From assembly GCF_009914755.1 (NCBI RefSeq), contig NC_060927.1: 64,000 nt of DNA; one strand, given 5' to 3'. Position 1 is the stretch's first letter, and every line of letters begins with the position of its first letter. Of the stretch, positions 42,076 to 56,369 are shown piece by piece. Below the pieces are notes generated by a model. The model made no database searches. It was given only the letters and a program-made list of their open reading frames with translations, and was not told the DNA's origin. This DNA comes from the human T2T-CHM13v2.0 reference genome, Homo sapiens. The translations under genes and the position numbers were made by a program.

Positions 42076-43225
42076 GTTTGATAAAAACCTACCTTATTGT
42101 TATCACTATGGATGGAGGAAGACATTATTTTGCTTGAGTCATTTTTAGTGAGACTTTTATGGATGCTTTAGATATAACCACTATGTAAGGAATTGGGATA
42201 ACGTGTGATGTGGAAGGTATACACCAACAAAGCCTTGGAATGGGTATTTGGAGCACAGGAAGAGGTTTTCAGTGCCGACAGAAAATTATGATTTAAGAAA
42301 ACATTAAACTTGCTGTAAAAACAGATGATAAGATTAAGAAAAAATTATGTAAAGTCGTAAGAGTCAGGTAGCAGTTTGGGTTTTTCTACATCTTGCTTAA
42401 ATTCTATTTTGTGGAAGATGAACTTTCTTTTTGTAAAATGATACATTTTGGCTTAGAAATAAAATGTCCAAATGCTTTGAAGTTTGAATTGATCAAAAGA
42501 AAAGTCACCACAGTGACGTGAAAGCTCTAAAGATTATAAAGAAAAGGACAATCTCTAAAACAAAAAGCTTAGGTTCTCTATTGGTAACGAGCCTTATATA
42601 CTGTGCAAACCATTTCATTTGTGTTTGTTTACCAACTAGAGTTTTACATTTACAGCAAGAAAGAATAAATGCATTTTAAAACAGAGATTTAGTAGGTTGC
42701 TCCTGATCAAATCAGCTACCATATATTTTAAAATGTTTCAAACACAGGTCTTATTAGAAAAATAAAAGAATTATTGCTTGTCAGACGTTGCACACACACA
42801 CAAAAGTGTACCAAAAACTTTTGCCTACTTGAGATATTTTGCTTCTCCTAAATTCTGGGGCTGGTTATTTTGATTAATATTGAGAAGCTGTGGGAATGAC
42901 TTCCCTAGAAATCTTGACTAGGTTAGAAGCACATCTGTCTTACATGGCTTAGTTGTAGTCCTGCCTGGAGGCAAAGGACAGATAACCTGAAGTAGAATAA
43001 GAGGCCCAAAGGAGAGGATTAAGTCACTAGATTAGTGGTGACCATATGCTCTTTAGAAGGGTCCCGAACTTGCTCATTTCCATGGGAAAAATATGTTTTT
43101 CTCAGTGGTCTTGAATTTTAATGAAAGAACAATGCTACCAGTTTCCTTTGAAATGCTTGCTATCAAATCATCATTCAAGAACATTTTTGTTCCATATATA
43201 AAAATGCAAAATTATTGTTATGAAA

Positions 43226-43407
43226 ACTCTCTCCCCTCCTCTTTCCCTTGTCTCCACTGCTTGCTTCCTTAACCTCTCTTTTCCCCTTTCTCCCTTTCTT
43301 CTTCCTTTCTCTCTCCCACTTCCTACCTGCCTCCTTTTCTTAGTTCTTCTTTCCTGCTCTGCTCTCTCTCTCCCTTCCTTTCTTCCCTCCCTCCCTCCTT
43401 CCTTCCC
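43226..43407. repeat. CT-rich low-complexity tract
   Basis: Polypyrimidine run including (CCTT)n/(CCCT)n. Confidence 0.85.
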
Positions 43408-44019
43408 AAATATTTAGAAGTACTTCACTAATATTGTGTTTCAGATGATGTTTTATTAGATTACTGAACAGTAAGAGAATAACCTAAAAAAAACCTTTGA
43501 ATTCAAAACACACAATCGTGTTTACATTGATTCTTACTTTTTTACTGTTAGTAGCAAAAGGTTTCAAGCGTGAAACAAAATGGATAAAACTAATTGTTAA
43601 TTTTCTACAAGTCATCCTATACTGCTATAAAATACTGCACTGCACTGTACTGCACAGGTAGAAAATGATTTCTGAACTTATTTGAAGGCTTCTCTTGTGT
43701 TTAACCTATAATATAGAACTTTTCTTTATTCTTGCTGAAAATGCATTTTTTTGTGAGAGCCCATTAACTCAAAAGATAAGAATTTATTGTAAACTGGGAA
43801 AGGTCTAACTTAAGTGTTTCGTGTTTTCTTCTTCATGTTTTAATTAGGACTTTAATTCTATTAAAGTGTACTATAAGTTAATATTCAGAATAAAAGAAAA
43901 AATAGAAATTCATTAGTTGTAGTTATGTTTAAATATTTCTATTATCCAAGATAATTTATTTGCTAATTTACTTTAATTTCACTCAAGAGAATCAAATGCC
44001 ATCGAATTTCTCTGGCCTT

Positions 44020-44385
44020 CACATCACTTATCTTTTTCTCTGCTTCTCCTTAGATTATTCCTCCTGCCTGGAATGTTCATCTCTCTTTATCTTGTCTATC
44101 TTTTATTTCCCAACTGAAAATGCCAGCTGTCTTATGTATGATGCTTTCCTCGATACGTCTCCCCACTACTTCCCTGTTGAATGTGAAAGTCTCAAATTCC
44201 AAAATACTTTATCATGAAGTTTCTTTTCACTACAGAATATACATGCTTGTGATAAATCTTTTCTCATCCATAGACAGTAAACTCCGTGAGGGCAGGGCCA
44301 GTTTCATATTTATGTAGGTATGGCTGAGAACATAAGGCCCAGTGTCAGTATATTGGTGCCTCATGAATATTTGTTAGATGAGTGC
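44020..44385 (+). mobile_element. L2 3' end
   Basis: CTGCCTGGAATGTTC; TAGACAGTAAACTCCGTGAGGGCAGGG; GAATATTTGTTAGATGA. Confidence 0.75.
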
Positions 44386-44709
44386 CCAAAATGCCTTAAT
44401 TTCAGATCTGAAACATAGAGGGTTTACCTCTTGTTATAAAGCCTCCACTTATTATTGTAAAGAAAGTCTTAAGAGTTGTACTTTTCTTCTTCTCATTCTC
44501 TTATTGTGAAAGGAAGTAATAGGCATATTTTAATGATATATGTTTAGTTAAATAAAATTTCCTTTTGTCCAAGCAATCCATGTTAAAACAAAACAAAGCT
44601 AAAAACTTCAGTGTAACTTGTGAAAGTCATAACCTAAATATGGAACTTTGCTAGAGATATGAAAAATTCGTTTCCTCTGTAGTCACATAATTTTAAAAGC
44701 TTTAAAAAA

Positions 44710-44950
44710 GTAATAACAACTAATTACTATATGAAGCTAGAACTTGTATAGTACTAACATGTGCCAGGCATTGTTCTATGTACTTTGTATATACAACACA
44801 TCTACCCTCACAAAACCTGTGTGAAGAAACTGAGTCACAAAAAGCTCATTTTACTTATCCAATATCTCACAATTAGAAGTATCAGAGACTGGAACTGGAC
44901 CTAGTTAATGTGGCCCTCAAATCCCTACTCTTAACCACCATACTATATTA
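44710..44950 (-). mobile_element. MIR
   Basis: ATGTGCCAGGCATTGTTCTATGTACTTT; GAAGAAACTGAGTCACA; ACTCTTAACCACCATACTATA. Confidence 0.75.
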
Positions 44951-45974
44951 CTTTCTAATTGGTAGCACAAGTACAAAATAAAAGTTCCAGTATAATGTAC
45001 ATAATTTATTCAAAAAATTATTGGGCATCTATTAGGTACCAATATGTTAGATGTAATTTAGAGGCAGTATAACATAAATGTAATCTAGATATTATATTAA
45101 ATATAAATTATATCTCTTTTTAAAATATTCAGTTTTCTTTTATTAAAGTATTGTGATTTTAAAATACATGCTGGAGTTAAGATGAAGATAACTGAACATT
45201 TTATAAGCCAAGGTTTGCTAATGTTTTCTTCATTCATCTCTCCTTTTTACTGCATCCTGAATCATATTCTTATTTTTCTGACCATGTCTTTTGTAATAAA
45301 ACTTGAGAATGATCAATATAATATTTATCATTGAAATGTTTTATAATTATTAAATAGGCATTTATATGTCTTTGTGGAATACTAAGTATATATTAAATAT
45401 ATTACCATTTGGTAAGTTTTTATGTAAGAATTTTCAGACTGTAAAATGCACATGCTTTGGGGATAGTGAAAGATAGTGGAGTTTCTCAAACATAGCTCCC
45501 TAATTTTAGAGCCAAGACTGAGATGAGAAGAGGCTAAGATCTTGTCCAAGGTCACACAGCAGTAAGTGACATGATGATTAAGTGAAGTCATTCAAAGCAA
45601 CCTTTTAACAGAATGGTACAAAATAATTAATCTAGGCTGACTCTCTTATGAATGTCTACTTTCCTTAGTTTATCTGAGTTTCTCTGACTCACATGTTAAA
45701 TAAAGTTTCTTTTCTTTGTTACAAACATATAAACACACTATTCAAATATTTTGTGGATACCATACAGGCATACATTATGCTTACAAATTTATTATTTTCC
45801 TGAAAAGTTTTTTAAACTGTCATTTCATTTTGTGAAACAGTCAAACTGATAAATATATATGAATACATCAATATATGCACAGTTAATTATTGATGTGAAC
45901 ATTAAAGAAATGTTCACATCAATATAACAATATAAAACAAATATAGATAAATGTATATACATATATAAGTATAT

Positions 45975-46460
45975 TGATGGGATTCAGGACATGGTATCCC
46001 AACATACAGCACCTGGGCATTTGAGAAAACGGTAAAAACAGGAAGGTCTCTCAGACATTTTCTTGCCATTCTCCCCAAAATAAGCCATTAAAAAGTTATC
46101 TGACCAGCCTCTAAAGTAGGTCATAGGACCCTCATTCCCAGTTGGGTGCTCCCTATACTTGGAGGAAAGGAAGGCAGACACAAAAGATGCCAAGAAGAAC
46201 CTGAACAGGCCTTGCTAAGTTTCTCCCAATATGTTACCATTAGATCATACCTTTTTATTGCCCAGTCATACTTCTGTACAACTGTCCATAAAAATACACA
46301 AGTTTCTCTGTTTCTTTGGGTCTTTATATCTGAATGCTCCCATGTTGTGTAAAACTTATATTAAATAAATGTGAATAACTGTCTCTTGTTAATCTGTCTT
46401 TTGCTACAGTAGTCTTAGCAATAAATCTAGCAATGGGAAAAGAGATATGATTATTATGTC
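45975..46460 (+). mobile_element. MER39-type ERV1 solo LTR
   Basis: TGATGGGATTCAGGACATGGTATCCCAACATACAGCACCTGGGCATTTGAGAAAAC...GTAAAACTTATATTAAATAAA...TCTTGTTAATCTGTCTTTTG. Confidence 0.8.
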
Positions 46461-48110
46461 TATATAATAGAGTACAGAAAATACAAAGGTTATGTACCTT
46501 TGTACTTAAATTTGAATTTAAGAGACTGATATTCTGTAAATTCAAATTAAAACTACCAAAAGCCCACAGTGACAAACTGAAAACTACGCTGCTTTTTAAT
46601 TAAGCTATTTGCTAACATCCTGTTAGAAAGCAATTCAACCAATTGACAATGTGCTCAGAATAATACTCACTTGAAGAGCAATACCTAAACCTTTTCTAGA
46701 AGTAAAAATTTAAAGCCTAAAAACAAGAACTGTTCATAGAAGGAATTTTACCTTAAGACGTATTTTAAGAACAAAAAAATAAAGCATACTAAATCCTATG
46801 TTAAAGGATGGAAAACAATGTAATATAATATTATGTGTAATTTATTGGGAAACGAGATGGATTAGTGAAACATGAATACTCTCATCAAAATTATACATTT
46901 CTTCTATTTGGACAAGAAAGCCTTTTTATTAATGAACCATTAGAAGACATAACTAAAGCGAAGACTTATGCATGCATGACTTCTAAGTTAAAACCAGAAA
47001 AACTCTCTAATAATGGAACTATCAATGTTGAATATTTGTGTAGAAGGCTCTTCTGCACTGAGAGGAAATAGACTTATTCAAATCAAGAGTCCCTTCTTGC
47101 TTGGATTGTAGGATTCCAGATCCAATTGACAATCTCTCTATATATACTATCTCTTTATCTCTCCCCGCCACCCCACCCACTCTCTTAACATGTATGGGTC
47201 AAAATATGTTGTCCTCATGCTCAGTCATGCCTCCATACTGCTTTTCATGGTTTAAACCTGCTTATTAGTGATGTAAGTTTTCTTCCTGGATGCCATGGTG
47301 TGGTTTTTTCCTGCTTGAAGTAATTTTAACACCCATTGGCCTGTGACCTCTACAAATGACTACTGTTCAGCTGCTTGCAGTGTCTTATGGTTATTATAGT
47401 TGTTTAACCACACATACAAAGGTTTTTACACAAATAACTGTATACCTACCACTTGAATAACGCTGTTTTCCCCCAAACCGCTAGATTTTAAAGCAGAGTG
47501 CTTTATTCTGCTTGTAAGCATGAGCAAATTTAAGTTCATCTTAAATGAAAACACCATAGATGTTCCTTTTGCGTTTGCATTTTCAATGAATGGTGGCCGG
47601 AACTGGTTTCACATTACTATTTCACACAGACTGATGGATAGGCATTTTTATAATCAAGATTGTACAAAAGATACAATATGAAAGTGACAAAATGCATTCA
47701 ATAAACTAAATAGAGACATTAACAGTGCCCTCCTGTTTTAATAAAGAAGTCTTTGATGTATGTTTATTCCTTTACATATTGACAGCCGTCAGACCTCTTC
47801 TTCTACTACAAATTAAGTAACAAAACTTAGGTTATGATAATTAATATCTCATGCCACCCAAACTCTTACAATGTGAATATAATCATACGCTAAGCCAATT
47901 GAAAGGTTAATTAAGGTTCTTGCCCTCAAGGAGTTTATAATCCATAAGAGACCTAAATATTTTTGTTATTATGGATGGACTTATTCATTCTAATTATTAC
48001 TTTAAGCAAAGAGCAGTTAAAAGAAACTATTTTTTGTAATAACTTGAATGCTTCCTTAATTGAAGAAAACTTTGTTCTCTTCACTTCTCCTCTTCAAGAA
48101 TCCTTCCTTC

Positions 48111-48443
48111 TGGCCATAATTAAAACGTCAAAAAACAATTGATGATGGTGTGGATGTGGTGAAAAAAGAGCACTTTTACACCGCTGTTGGGAGTGTAAAT
48201 TAGTACAACCATTATAGAAAGCAGCATGGAGATTCCTTAAAGAACTAAAAGTAGAACTACCATTTTATCCAACAATCCCACTACTGGATATCCACCTCCA
48301 CCCAAAAGAAAGAAGTCGTTATATGAAAAAGATTCATGCACACGTATGTTTCTAGCAGTGCAATTTGTAATTGCAATTACAAATATATGGAACCAACCTA
48401 AGTGCTCATCCACCAACGACTGAATGAAGATGTGGTGTGTGTG

Positions 48444-48476
<33 letters not shown>

Positions 48477-48667
48477 CATAGAATATATATATATATACCA
48501 TAGAATATATATATACCATAGAATATATATACACCATATAATATATATACCATAGAATATATATACCATAGAATATATATACACCATGGTATATATATAT
48601 ACCATAGAATATATATACACCATGGTATATATATATATACCATAGTGTATGTATATACCATAGAATA

Positions 48668-48707
<40 letters not shown>

Positions 48708-49093
48708 CATAGAATACTACTCAGTCATGAAAAGGAACGAAATAATGTCTTTTGCAACAACTTGGATGGAAGCTATTATTCTAAGTGAAATAACTCAGGA
48801 ATGGGAATAACTAAGGAATAACTTAGGAATGGGAAACTAAGTATGGTATGTTCTCACCTCTAAATTGGAGCTACGCTATGAGGATGTAGAAGCATAAGAA
48901 TAATATAATGGACTTTGGGGACTCGGCAGGAAGGGAGGGAGAGGGATAAGAGATAAAAAAAACTATATATTGGGTACAGTGTACACTGCTTGAATGATAG
49001 GTGCACCAAAATCTCACAAATCACCACTAAAGAACTTATTGATGTAACCAAAAACCACTTGTATCCCTAAAACTATTAAAATTAAAATTAAAA
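48111..49093 (+). mobile_element. 5'-truncated L1PB (L1PB1/2-like)
   Basis: GGAGATTCCTTAAAGAACTAAAAGTAGAACTACC; GGGTACAGTGTACACTGCT...CACCACTAAAGAACTT; TSD AAGAATCCTTCCTTC / AATAATCCTCCATTC. Confidence 0.9.
48435..48716. repeat. TA-rich minisatellite, about 12 units of (AC)ACCATAGAAT(AT)n, inside the L1PB
   Basis: Repeated CCATAGAAT / CCATGGTAT anchors separated by (AT)n. Confidence 0.9.
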
Positions 49094-49893
49094 AATAATC
49101 CTCCATTCTTTTTGAACTAAATTCTTTTCTAGCCTTTGCAGCACCTTTCCCCAAACCAGTTATGACGGTGCAAAACATCCTACTCCATTATCATTCTCCT
49201 TTCTCTTGTCTTCTCTCTTCCCATACGTTTTCCTTCTGTCTTTCAATTGCCAATTAAGTTATAGTAAATCCACACCTAAAGTACTCTTTCTTCTTTTTCT
49301 CACCAGTTGTCTACCTAATAGCTGCTTTCAACCAAGAGGTACAGCAATCTTTTCCTCCTCAACACCTCTATGTTCCTTTGCTTTCTTCCTGATAGTTTGC
49401 ATATCTCCTGTTCTTTATTTTTCAATATAAATTTATCCAAGGTAAAAGACCCTACGCTCAACAATCTCAAGATCCTGAATATCACGTGTTAAATAGCTAA
49501 AACAGTGAGGGGGTAAAACCTACAATAAACATTTAAAATAGGAGATAATGAATAAAGTTTCTGTTTGAAACTAATCAAATCACACTCAGTGGATTCATGA
49601 AGCTACACTATTATTATTATCATCTGTGACTTTTCAGGGATGGAGATGGATAAAGAAAATCAACAATTTAAAGGAAATATATTAAATATATACTTAATGC
49701 AAGAGAAAATAGTCATTCTGGGAATGCAGTCCTAGAGTTGAAAATCGATTCCTCACTAAGCACCGCAACTAAGTAAAATTGTTACCTCTTACTGTTTTGT
49801 TTCTCTTGAATTAGTATCTTCCTCATTTCTGGTAGAAATTATTTTTATCCTTCTCATGGTGGCACTACGCTTTCTCTCTTCTGCTGCTCATAT

Positions 49894-51443
49894 TGAGAGG
49901 GGACAGCGTACTGGCAGCCCTCACAGCCCTCGCTCGCTCTTGGTGCCTCCTTGGCCTGGGCGCCCACTCTGGCCACGCTTCAGGAGCCCTTCAGCCCGCT
50001 GCTGCACTGTGAGAACCTCTTCCTGGGATGCCTGAGGACGGAGCCGGCTCCCTCAGCCAGCGGGGAGGTGTGGAGGGAGACGCACCTGGCGGGAACCCGG
50101 TCTCCCAGGCGCTTGCGGGCCAGCTAGAGTTTCGGGTGGGCTTGGGCTTGGCGGGCACCGCACTGGGAGCAGCCTGCCCGCCTGGGCAGTGAGGGGCTCA
50201 GCACCGGGGCCAGCAGCAGCGGAGGGTAAGCTGGGTCCCCCAGCAGTCACTCGATTTCTTGCCAGGCCTTTGCTGCCTCCCAGTGGGGCAGGGCTCAGGA
50301 CGTGCAGCCCGCCATGCCTGAGCCTCCCCTCATTCCCTCCACAGTGGGCTTCTGCGTATGGGAGCCTCCCAGACAAGTGCCGTCCCCTGCTACATGTGCC
50401 TGGTCCCATCCACCACCCAACGGCTGAGGAGTGCGGGCACACAGGGTGGGACTGGCAGTCAGCTCTACCTGCGGCCCCACTGCCGGATCCACTGGGCGAA
50501 GCCAGCTGTGCTCCTGAGTCTAGTGGGGACTTGGAGAACCTTTATGTCTAGCTAAAGGATTGTAAATACACCAATCGGCACTCTGTATCTGCTCAAGGTT
50601 TGTAAACACACCAATCAGCACCCTGTGTCTAGCTCAGGGTTTGTGGATGCACCATTCGGCACTGTGTATCTAGCTAATCTGGTGGGGACTTGGAGAATCT
50701 TTTATGTCTAGCTAAGGGATTGTGATTACACCAATCAGCACTCTGTATCTAGCTCAAGGTTTGTAAATGCACCAATCAGCAATCTGTGTCTAGTTCAGGG
50801 TTTGTGAATACACCGATCAGCACTCTGTATCTAGCTAATCTAGTGGGAACTTGGAGACCTTTTGTGTCTGGCTCAGGGATTGTAAATGCACCAATCAGCA
50901 TCATGTCAAAATGGACCAATCAGCTGTCTGTAAAACAGACCATTGGGCTCTCTGTAAAATGGACCAATCAGCAGGATGTGGGTGGGGCCAGATAAGAGAA
51001 TAACAGCAGGCTGCCTAGCCCACAGTGGTAACTTGCTCCGGTCCGCTTCCACACTGTGGAAGCTTTGTTATTTTGCTCTTTGCAATAAATGTTGTTGCTG
51101 CTCACTCTTTCAGTCCACACTGCCTTTGTGAGCTGTAACACTCATCGCAAAGGTGTGCAGCTTCTCTCCTGAAGCCAGGGAGACTACAAACCCACCAGGA
51201 GGAAGGAACAACTCCAGACGCGCCATCTTAAGAGCTATAACACTCACCATGAAGGTCTGCAGCTTCACTCCTGAGCCACCGAGACCACGAACCCACCAGA
51301 AGGAAGAAACTCTGAACACATCCGAACATCAGAGGGAACAAACTCCGGACACGCCACCTTTAAGAACTGTAACACTCACTGCGAGGGCCCATGGCTTCAT
51401 TGTTGAAGTCAGTGAGACCAAGAACACACCAATTCTGGACACA
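49894..51443 (+). mobile_element. LTR12 (LTR12C-like, ERV9) full solo LTR
   Basis: TGAGAGGGGACAGCGTACTGGCAGCCCTC...GTGAGACCAAGAACACACCAATTCTGGACACA; 4-bp TSD ATAT; GC-rich U3, tandem U3 and U5 repeats. Confidence 0.95.
50520..51010 (+). promoter_or_regulatory. ERV9 LTR enhancer/promoter repeat array (NF-Y CCAAT and GATA motifs)
   Basis: Intact CCAAT at 50571, 50611, 50731, 50772, 50891, 50916 and 50964, plus ATTGG at 50942; TATCT repeats; GATAAG at 50991. Confidence 0.7.
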
Positions 51444-53386
51444 ATATCATCAGATAATATGCCATGCACCATTGTATAATATCTGTATCATTTTATAAAG
51501 CACGACAGAGTATTGGAATGTAACTATACACACACAAAATGTACATTTTACACATATTGAAATATGCATAAAGCATACATATCTCAAGGTAGTCATTACA
51601 TGACCAAAAAAGAACGAGATTTAACTGGGAAATGAAAAGAGTGCATCACATTCTGTTAGTTCTATTTGACTTAAGAGTATCTCTCTCAAGAATTACTGTT
51701 TACTATAAAGGAAAAGAAAGGTATCACTGATTCAAAAACAATCCAAACTATATACATACGAAGCAAAATTCAGTAAAACCTGTTTGGAGGAAAAGAAGAC
51801 AGAACAGTTATTTTCATAAAACAAAGTCGATAACCACTGTATAGCCAAAGTTGTTTTTAATAACTTTACACCAATAAGTTTAGTTCCTTCATAAACTGTG
51901 AAAGGCAGAAAAGTAAAGCCTCCCATGTCTGATCACAGAGGAAGTCCTCTATATTATTCTTGTTGCATTCTATTATGACTCAATTCTTTAACCTTTAGAA
52001 AAATCCGTAGTCATATCTTTAAATGGCTCAAATCTTTCTCAGCTAGTCTAGTACCTTTTTTTAGATAAATCAATATATTGTAATAAAATAATTTTGCCTA
52101 GCTCTTCCAGGTCATTGTTGAAATTAACTTTGCTCATATTAGGAAATAGATTTGACTGCAAGGGATTATTTCATTTAGAATCTGTAGTCCTGATACATAG
52201 AGAATGTAATTACCTCAAACCAGCTCACCCAATGGTAAATTTCAATAATTAGCATTAGCAAAAAAATACCAGCACACACTTTTCAGCTGGCAGTTTCTAG
52301 AGTCACATGAAACCACAGAGGAAAAGTATATATATTAGACAATATAATTATCTATGCCTACAGGATAAATAAATAATCGAATTTATTTCTGACTGTGGTG
52401 TCTTTTATCTGATGAGAAGACCTGAGTTATATGTATTATCTGATGTTTTCCATAATATTGGTTTGATATAACAACTGTAACAATCAAAGCTCATGGGTAA
52501 CAAGTGGTAAACATGAGTCGGACTCAATTTCTAGTGTTTTCATGGTGCAATTTAGAGATGGAAATAATGAGTTTTGGGTTCATTTTCTGAACTGCGTTGA
52601 TTAAACCTGTAGCTGTGAAAAATCTATTTCATCTAGGAATGACTCTACGTTTTGACATACATATCTAATGAAAATGCATTGTGAAAATAATTATGTATTT
52701 TGTATTCTTAGGGAGTTAAAATAATTTGGAGCAACATTGATAGCGTTACTAAGTAAACATCCAAATAATTTGTGGCATTGAAAATGATTATGCCATTCAG
52801 AAATATAGAGGTGTATTTAAATAATAAACACTCTCATGTGCTTACAAAATGTACTTATTTATCTAACATATTTTAGGGAATGTTTTATTTCGTGACATAA
52901 TAAAATTTGTTTGTTATCAAGAGGAAAAAAACGGTTGACTGGAATTCAAATTTTATTAAGCATGTGATTTAATTCTTGCAAACCTAAATACTTTCAGATA
53001 TCATAGGAACACTATACTGTGTTGAAATCTTCGCTCTTCATTAAACATATTTTATACATTATGAGAAGTATGCGTTCTATGGGATTGCTAATGGGGTTGC
53101 TCACCATTTAATTATAGTAGGACTCCTATCTTTCATTTTAAAGTTTCACAGAGAAATAAAGCACAAGTAATCTAGAAAATATTATTGCACTCAATATTTG
53201 TAGTTATGGCAACCTTAAATTTTCTTATCTCTGAAAAATAATATGGCTGATAGCAAAAAGTTTTTAGCGAAACTGCTAATATGATTATGTACTATTTGTC
53301 GGGAGAAATAAATATATCATCCTGAAAATAACTATATCACAACTATAAATATTTCTAAATGATATTTCTGAGTAGCATGCTCCTGA

Positions 53387-53567
<181 letters not shown>

Positions 53568-54171
53568 TGAGATTACAAAAGATTTTTTTTTCTCTTCTTA
53601 TTTAATTTAGATAAGAATCTGCAGTACAGCCAAAGTACTCTCCACTCAAAAGGAATTATTCTTTGGCATAATTAGGAAACAAAGATAAATATTAGGAATG
53701 CCATCTAGGTGAATGTCTTCCTTAATAGTTTTTTTGTAAATAACTTTCTCTAAAGAAGAAAACAAAACTGAAAATAATATAGAGTTGTCTACCGTATTTT
53801 ATGATTATTTTGCTATTAACCTAACGTTACATTTCCAAGAAAATGGAGGTAGAAGTTTACGACCAGGCAAGAAGTTACTGCAACAGAGTTGTGTTTCCTT
53901 TTAATAAAGAACACACACAAACACAAAAAAAGTCAAGAATTTGTGATCTCAAGAAAAAGCAAATACATATATTGATATAAGTCGAATCATGTTACTTCTC
54001 TGCTCAGAACCCTGCAAAAGCTCCCATCTTATTCAGTGTAAATTTCAAAGTCCTTACAAAGATCTTCAAAAGCCTTCACCCTTTACCCCCTACCCACACT
54101 TATCAACATCCTCTTATCCCCTCTTCCTAACCGCATTTATTACCTCTTGGTTAGCCCTTGAATCCCATGTT

Positions 54172-54893
54172 TATATTCTGGTTGCTATGGCTGCATAACA
54201 TAGTAACCCAAAATGAAATGGAAGAAAGCAGCTATATCTTAGTCCATGTGTGCTGCTATAACAAAATGCATGAGACTGGATTTATACGTATATAAATAGC
54301 TCTGGAGGCCGGGGAGGAAGTCCAGATCAAGTCACCAGCAGTTTCTGCATCTGGTGAAGGCTGGCCCTTTCTGCTTCCCAAATGGAACCTTGTTACCGTG
54401 TCTTTATGTGTCGGAAAGTAGAAGAACAAAATAGGGGATGTGTTACCTTCTCCTAAAGTCACACTTCTTAAAACTATCATATTGGTTATTAAGTTTCAAC
54501 ACATAAATTTTGGAGAAGACACATTCAAACCATAGCAAATTATGTTCACGGATCCTGAGGGTCATGATTTTGGAAAAAGTACTGCAGGGATGGCTTGTCA
54601 CTCCTTCATGGGCTGGAATCATCTAAAGGCTTATTCACTTACATATCTAGCAATCGATAATGACTATCAGCTGGGGACCTTGTTTCTCTTCATATGTTCT
54701 TCTTCACGTGGTTTTAGCATGTGGGATAGTTTTGCATTCCTCACATAATGCTGATGAGTTTCAAAAGTGAGAGTCTGGAGAAAGAGAACCAGGAAGAAAG
54801 CGTATTTCATATTGTGACTTATCTTTGGAAGTCATATAGCATTACTTCCTTCATATACTATTCATTAAAACAATCACAACATCTAGATCAAGG
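54172..54893 (-). mobile_element. Old MLT1 (MLT1G/H-like) LTR interrupted by a younger MaLR LTR
   Basis: GCTATGGCTGCATAACA...; resumes at 54538 with TGTTCACGGATCCTGAGGGTCA...GGGCTGGAATCATCTAAAGGCT...GGAAGTCATATAGC. Confidence 0.7.
54235..54537 (-). mobile_element. MST/MLT1A-type MaLR LTR nested in MLT1
   Basis: TCTTAGTCCATGTGTGCTGCTATAACAAAAT...TCTGGAGGC...AAGTCCAGATCAAG...AAGTTTCAACACATAAATTTTGG...CATTCAAACCATAGCA. Confidence 0.8.
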
Positions 54894-55099
54894 AAAAAGT
54901 TAGGACAATGTTCTTGTCAAGGTCATAAATGACCTTGGTAAGATTTCTTTATCTTATTTTCTTATTTGAAATGTCAGAAACATTAAGCACAATGGACCAC
55001 TCTTTCCTTCTTGAAACAATACCTTCTCTTGAGTTCCATAACAGCACATGTTAAAAGTCTTATCTTTAATAAAGGCAGCTCCTTTTTAGTTTCTTTTAA

Positions 55100-55408
<309 letters not shown>

Positions 55409-55922
55409 TACCTTCTTTTTGTCCTCCAAAATATCAGTAAGCCCCTGGATATCAGGCTGACTTCTCTTTCTTTATCTGCTCATTTTCCCTAGAAAATCTT
55501 GTCTGTGGCTTTAAATATTAGCTCCATGCTAATATCTTCTAAGTGAATATATCCAGACCTTTACTGATCTCTAGATATGTATTTAAATACTTTATATGTT
55601 TATATATATAAAGTATTTATATATATACTTTATATTTTCATTTGGGCATCTAAAAATTACCTCAAAATTAGTGGGTCAAAAATTAATTTATTCATTAATC
55701 CTCAATCCATCTTTTCATTTGTTTGTTTTTAAATTTTTTTTGCATATCAGTAAATAATTTTACCATCTACAGTACACCTCACATTTCTTTATCAAATCTA
55801 TTATTTTATCTTTATAATATTATAAATCTATCCTTTCCTCTACCTCTTCTACTACACTGCTAGCCTAAGTCATTAAATTCTCTAGCCTAGATTATTAAAA
55901 TACTCTCCTAAAATGTGTTTTA

Positions 55923-56357
55923 TATGACAGAAACAACTTGCAGTCCACCAAATATTTAGGCTTCCTTTCGATTGTGTAGAATTGTTGCATTAGCTACCCA
56001 GCTAGGTGCTACATTTTGAAATTCCTTGCACCAGCACACAGGGAAATGATGAGACAATTTCTTGCCAATGGGTGATGTGTTGAAAGGAACAATGTTACTT
56101 CTGCCCTAGCTGGCTTAGAAGCAAGTGACTTCTCTTAACCTATCTTTGTTCACCCACCAGCTAAAAACAAAGGATTGTGAAGTCCAAGAGATGGAGGAGT
56201 CAAGATATGGAAGGAGCTAAGTCTCTGAGTCACTGCCTTAAAAAGTGCCAGGCAAACATCCATATTGAGTTACATGTCATAAAAAAATTATTGTGTTAAA
56301 CCACTCATATTCTGCAGCATTATTTTCTATAACAGTCTCTTCACCTAATTTAATACA
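55923..56357 (+). mobile_element. Old MLT1 (MLT1I/J-like) LTR
   Basis: GATGGAGGAGTCAAGATATGGAAGGAGCTAAGTCTCTGAGTCACTGC...TTGTGTTAAACCACT...TAATACA. Confidence 0.65.
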
Positions 56358-56369
56358 ATATGATTTCTA

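Noticed and set aside
48237-48710. 157-aa and overlapping Y/I-rich ORFs
   Set aside because: They arise from the TA-rich minisatellite inside L1PB.
50520-50970. CRISPR-like or novel regularly spaced repeat array
   Set aside because: These are the known ERV9/LTR12 U3 tandem enhancer repeats in eukaryotic DNA, without unique spacers.
50053-51479. Several 65-129 aa ORFs and apparent CpG-island character
   Set aside because: All lie within the LTR12 solo LTR; no gag, pol or env sequence is present.
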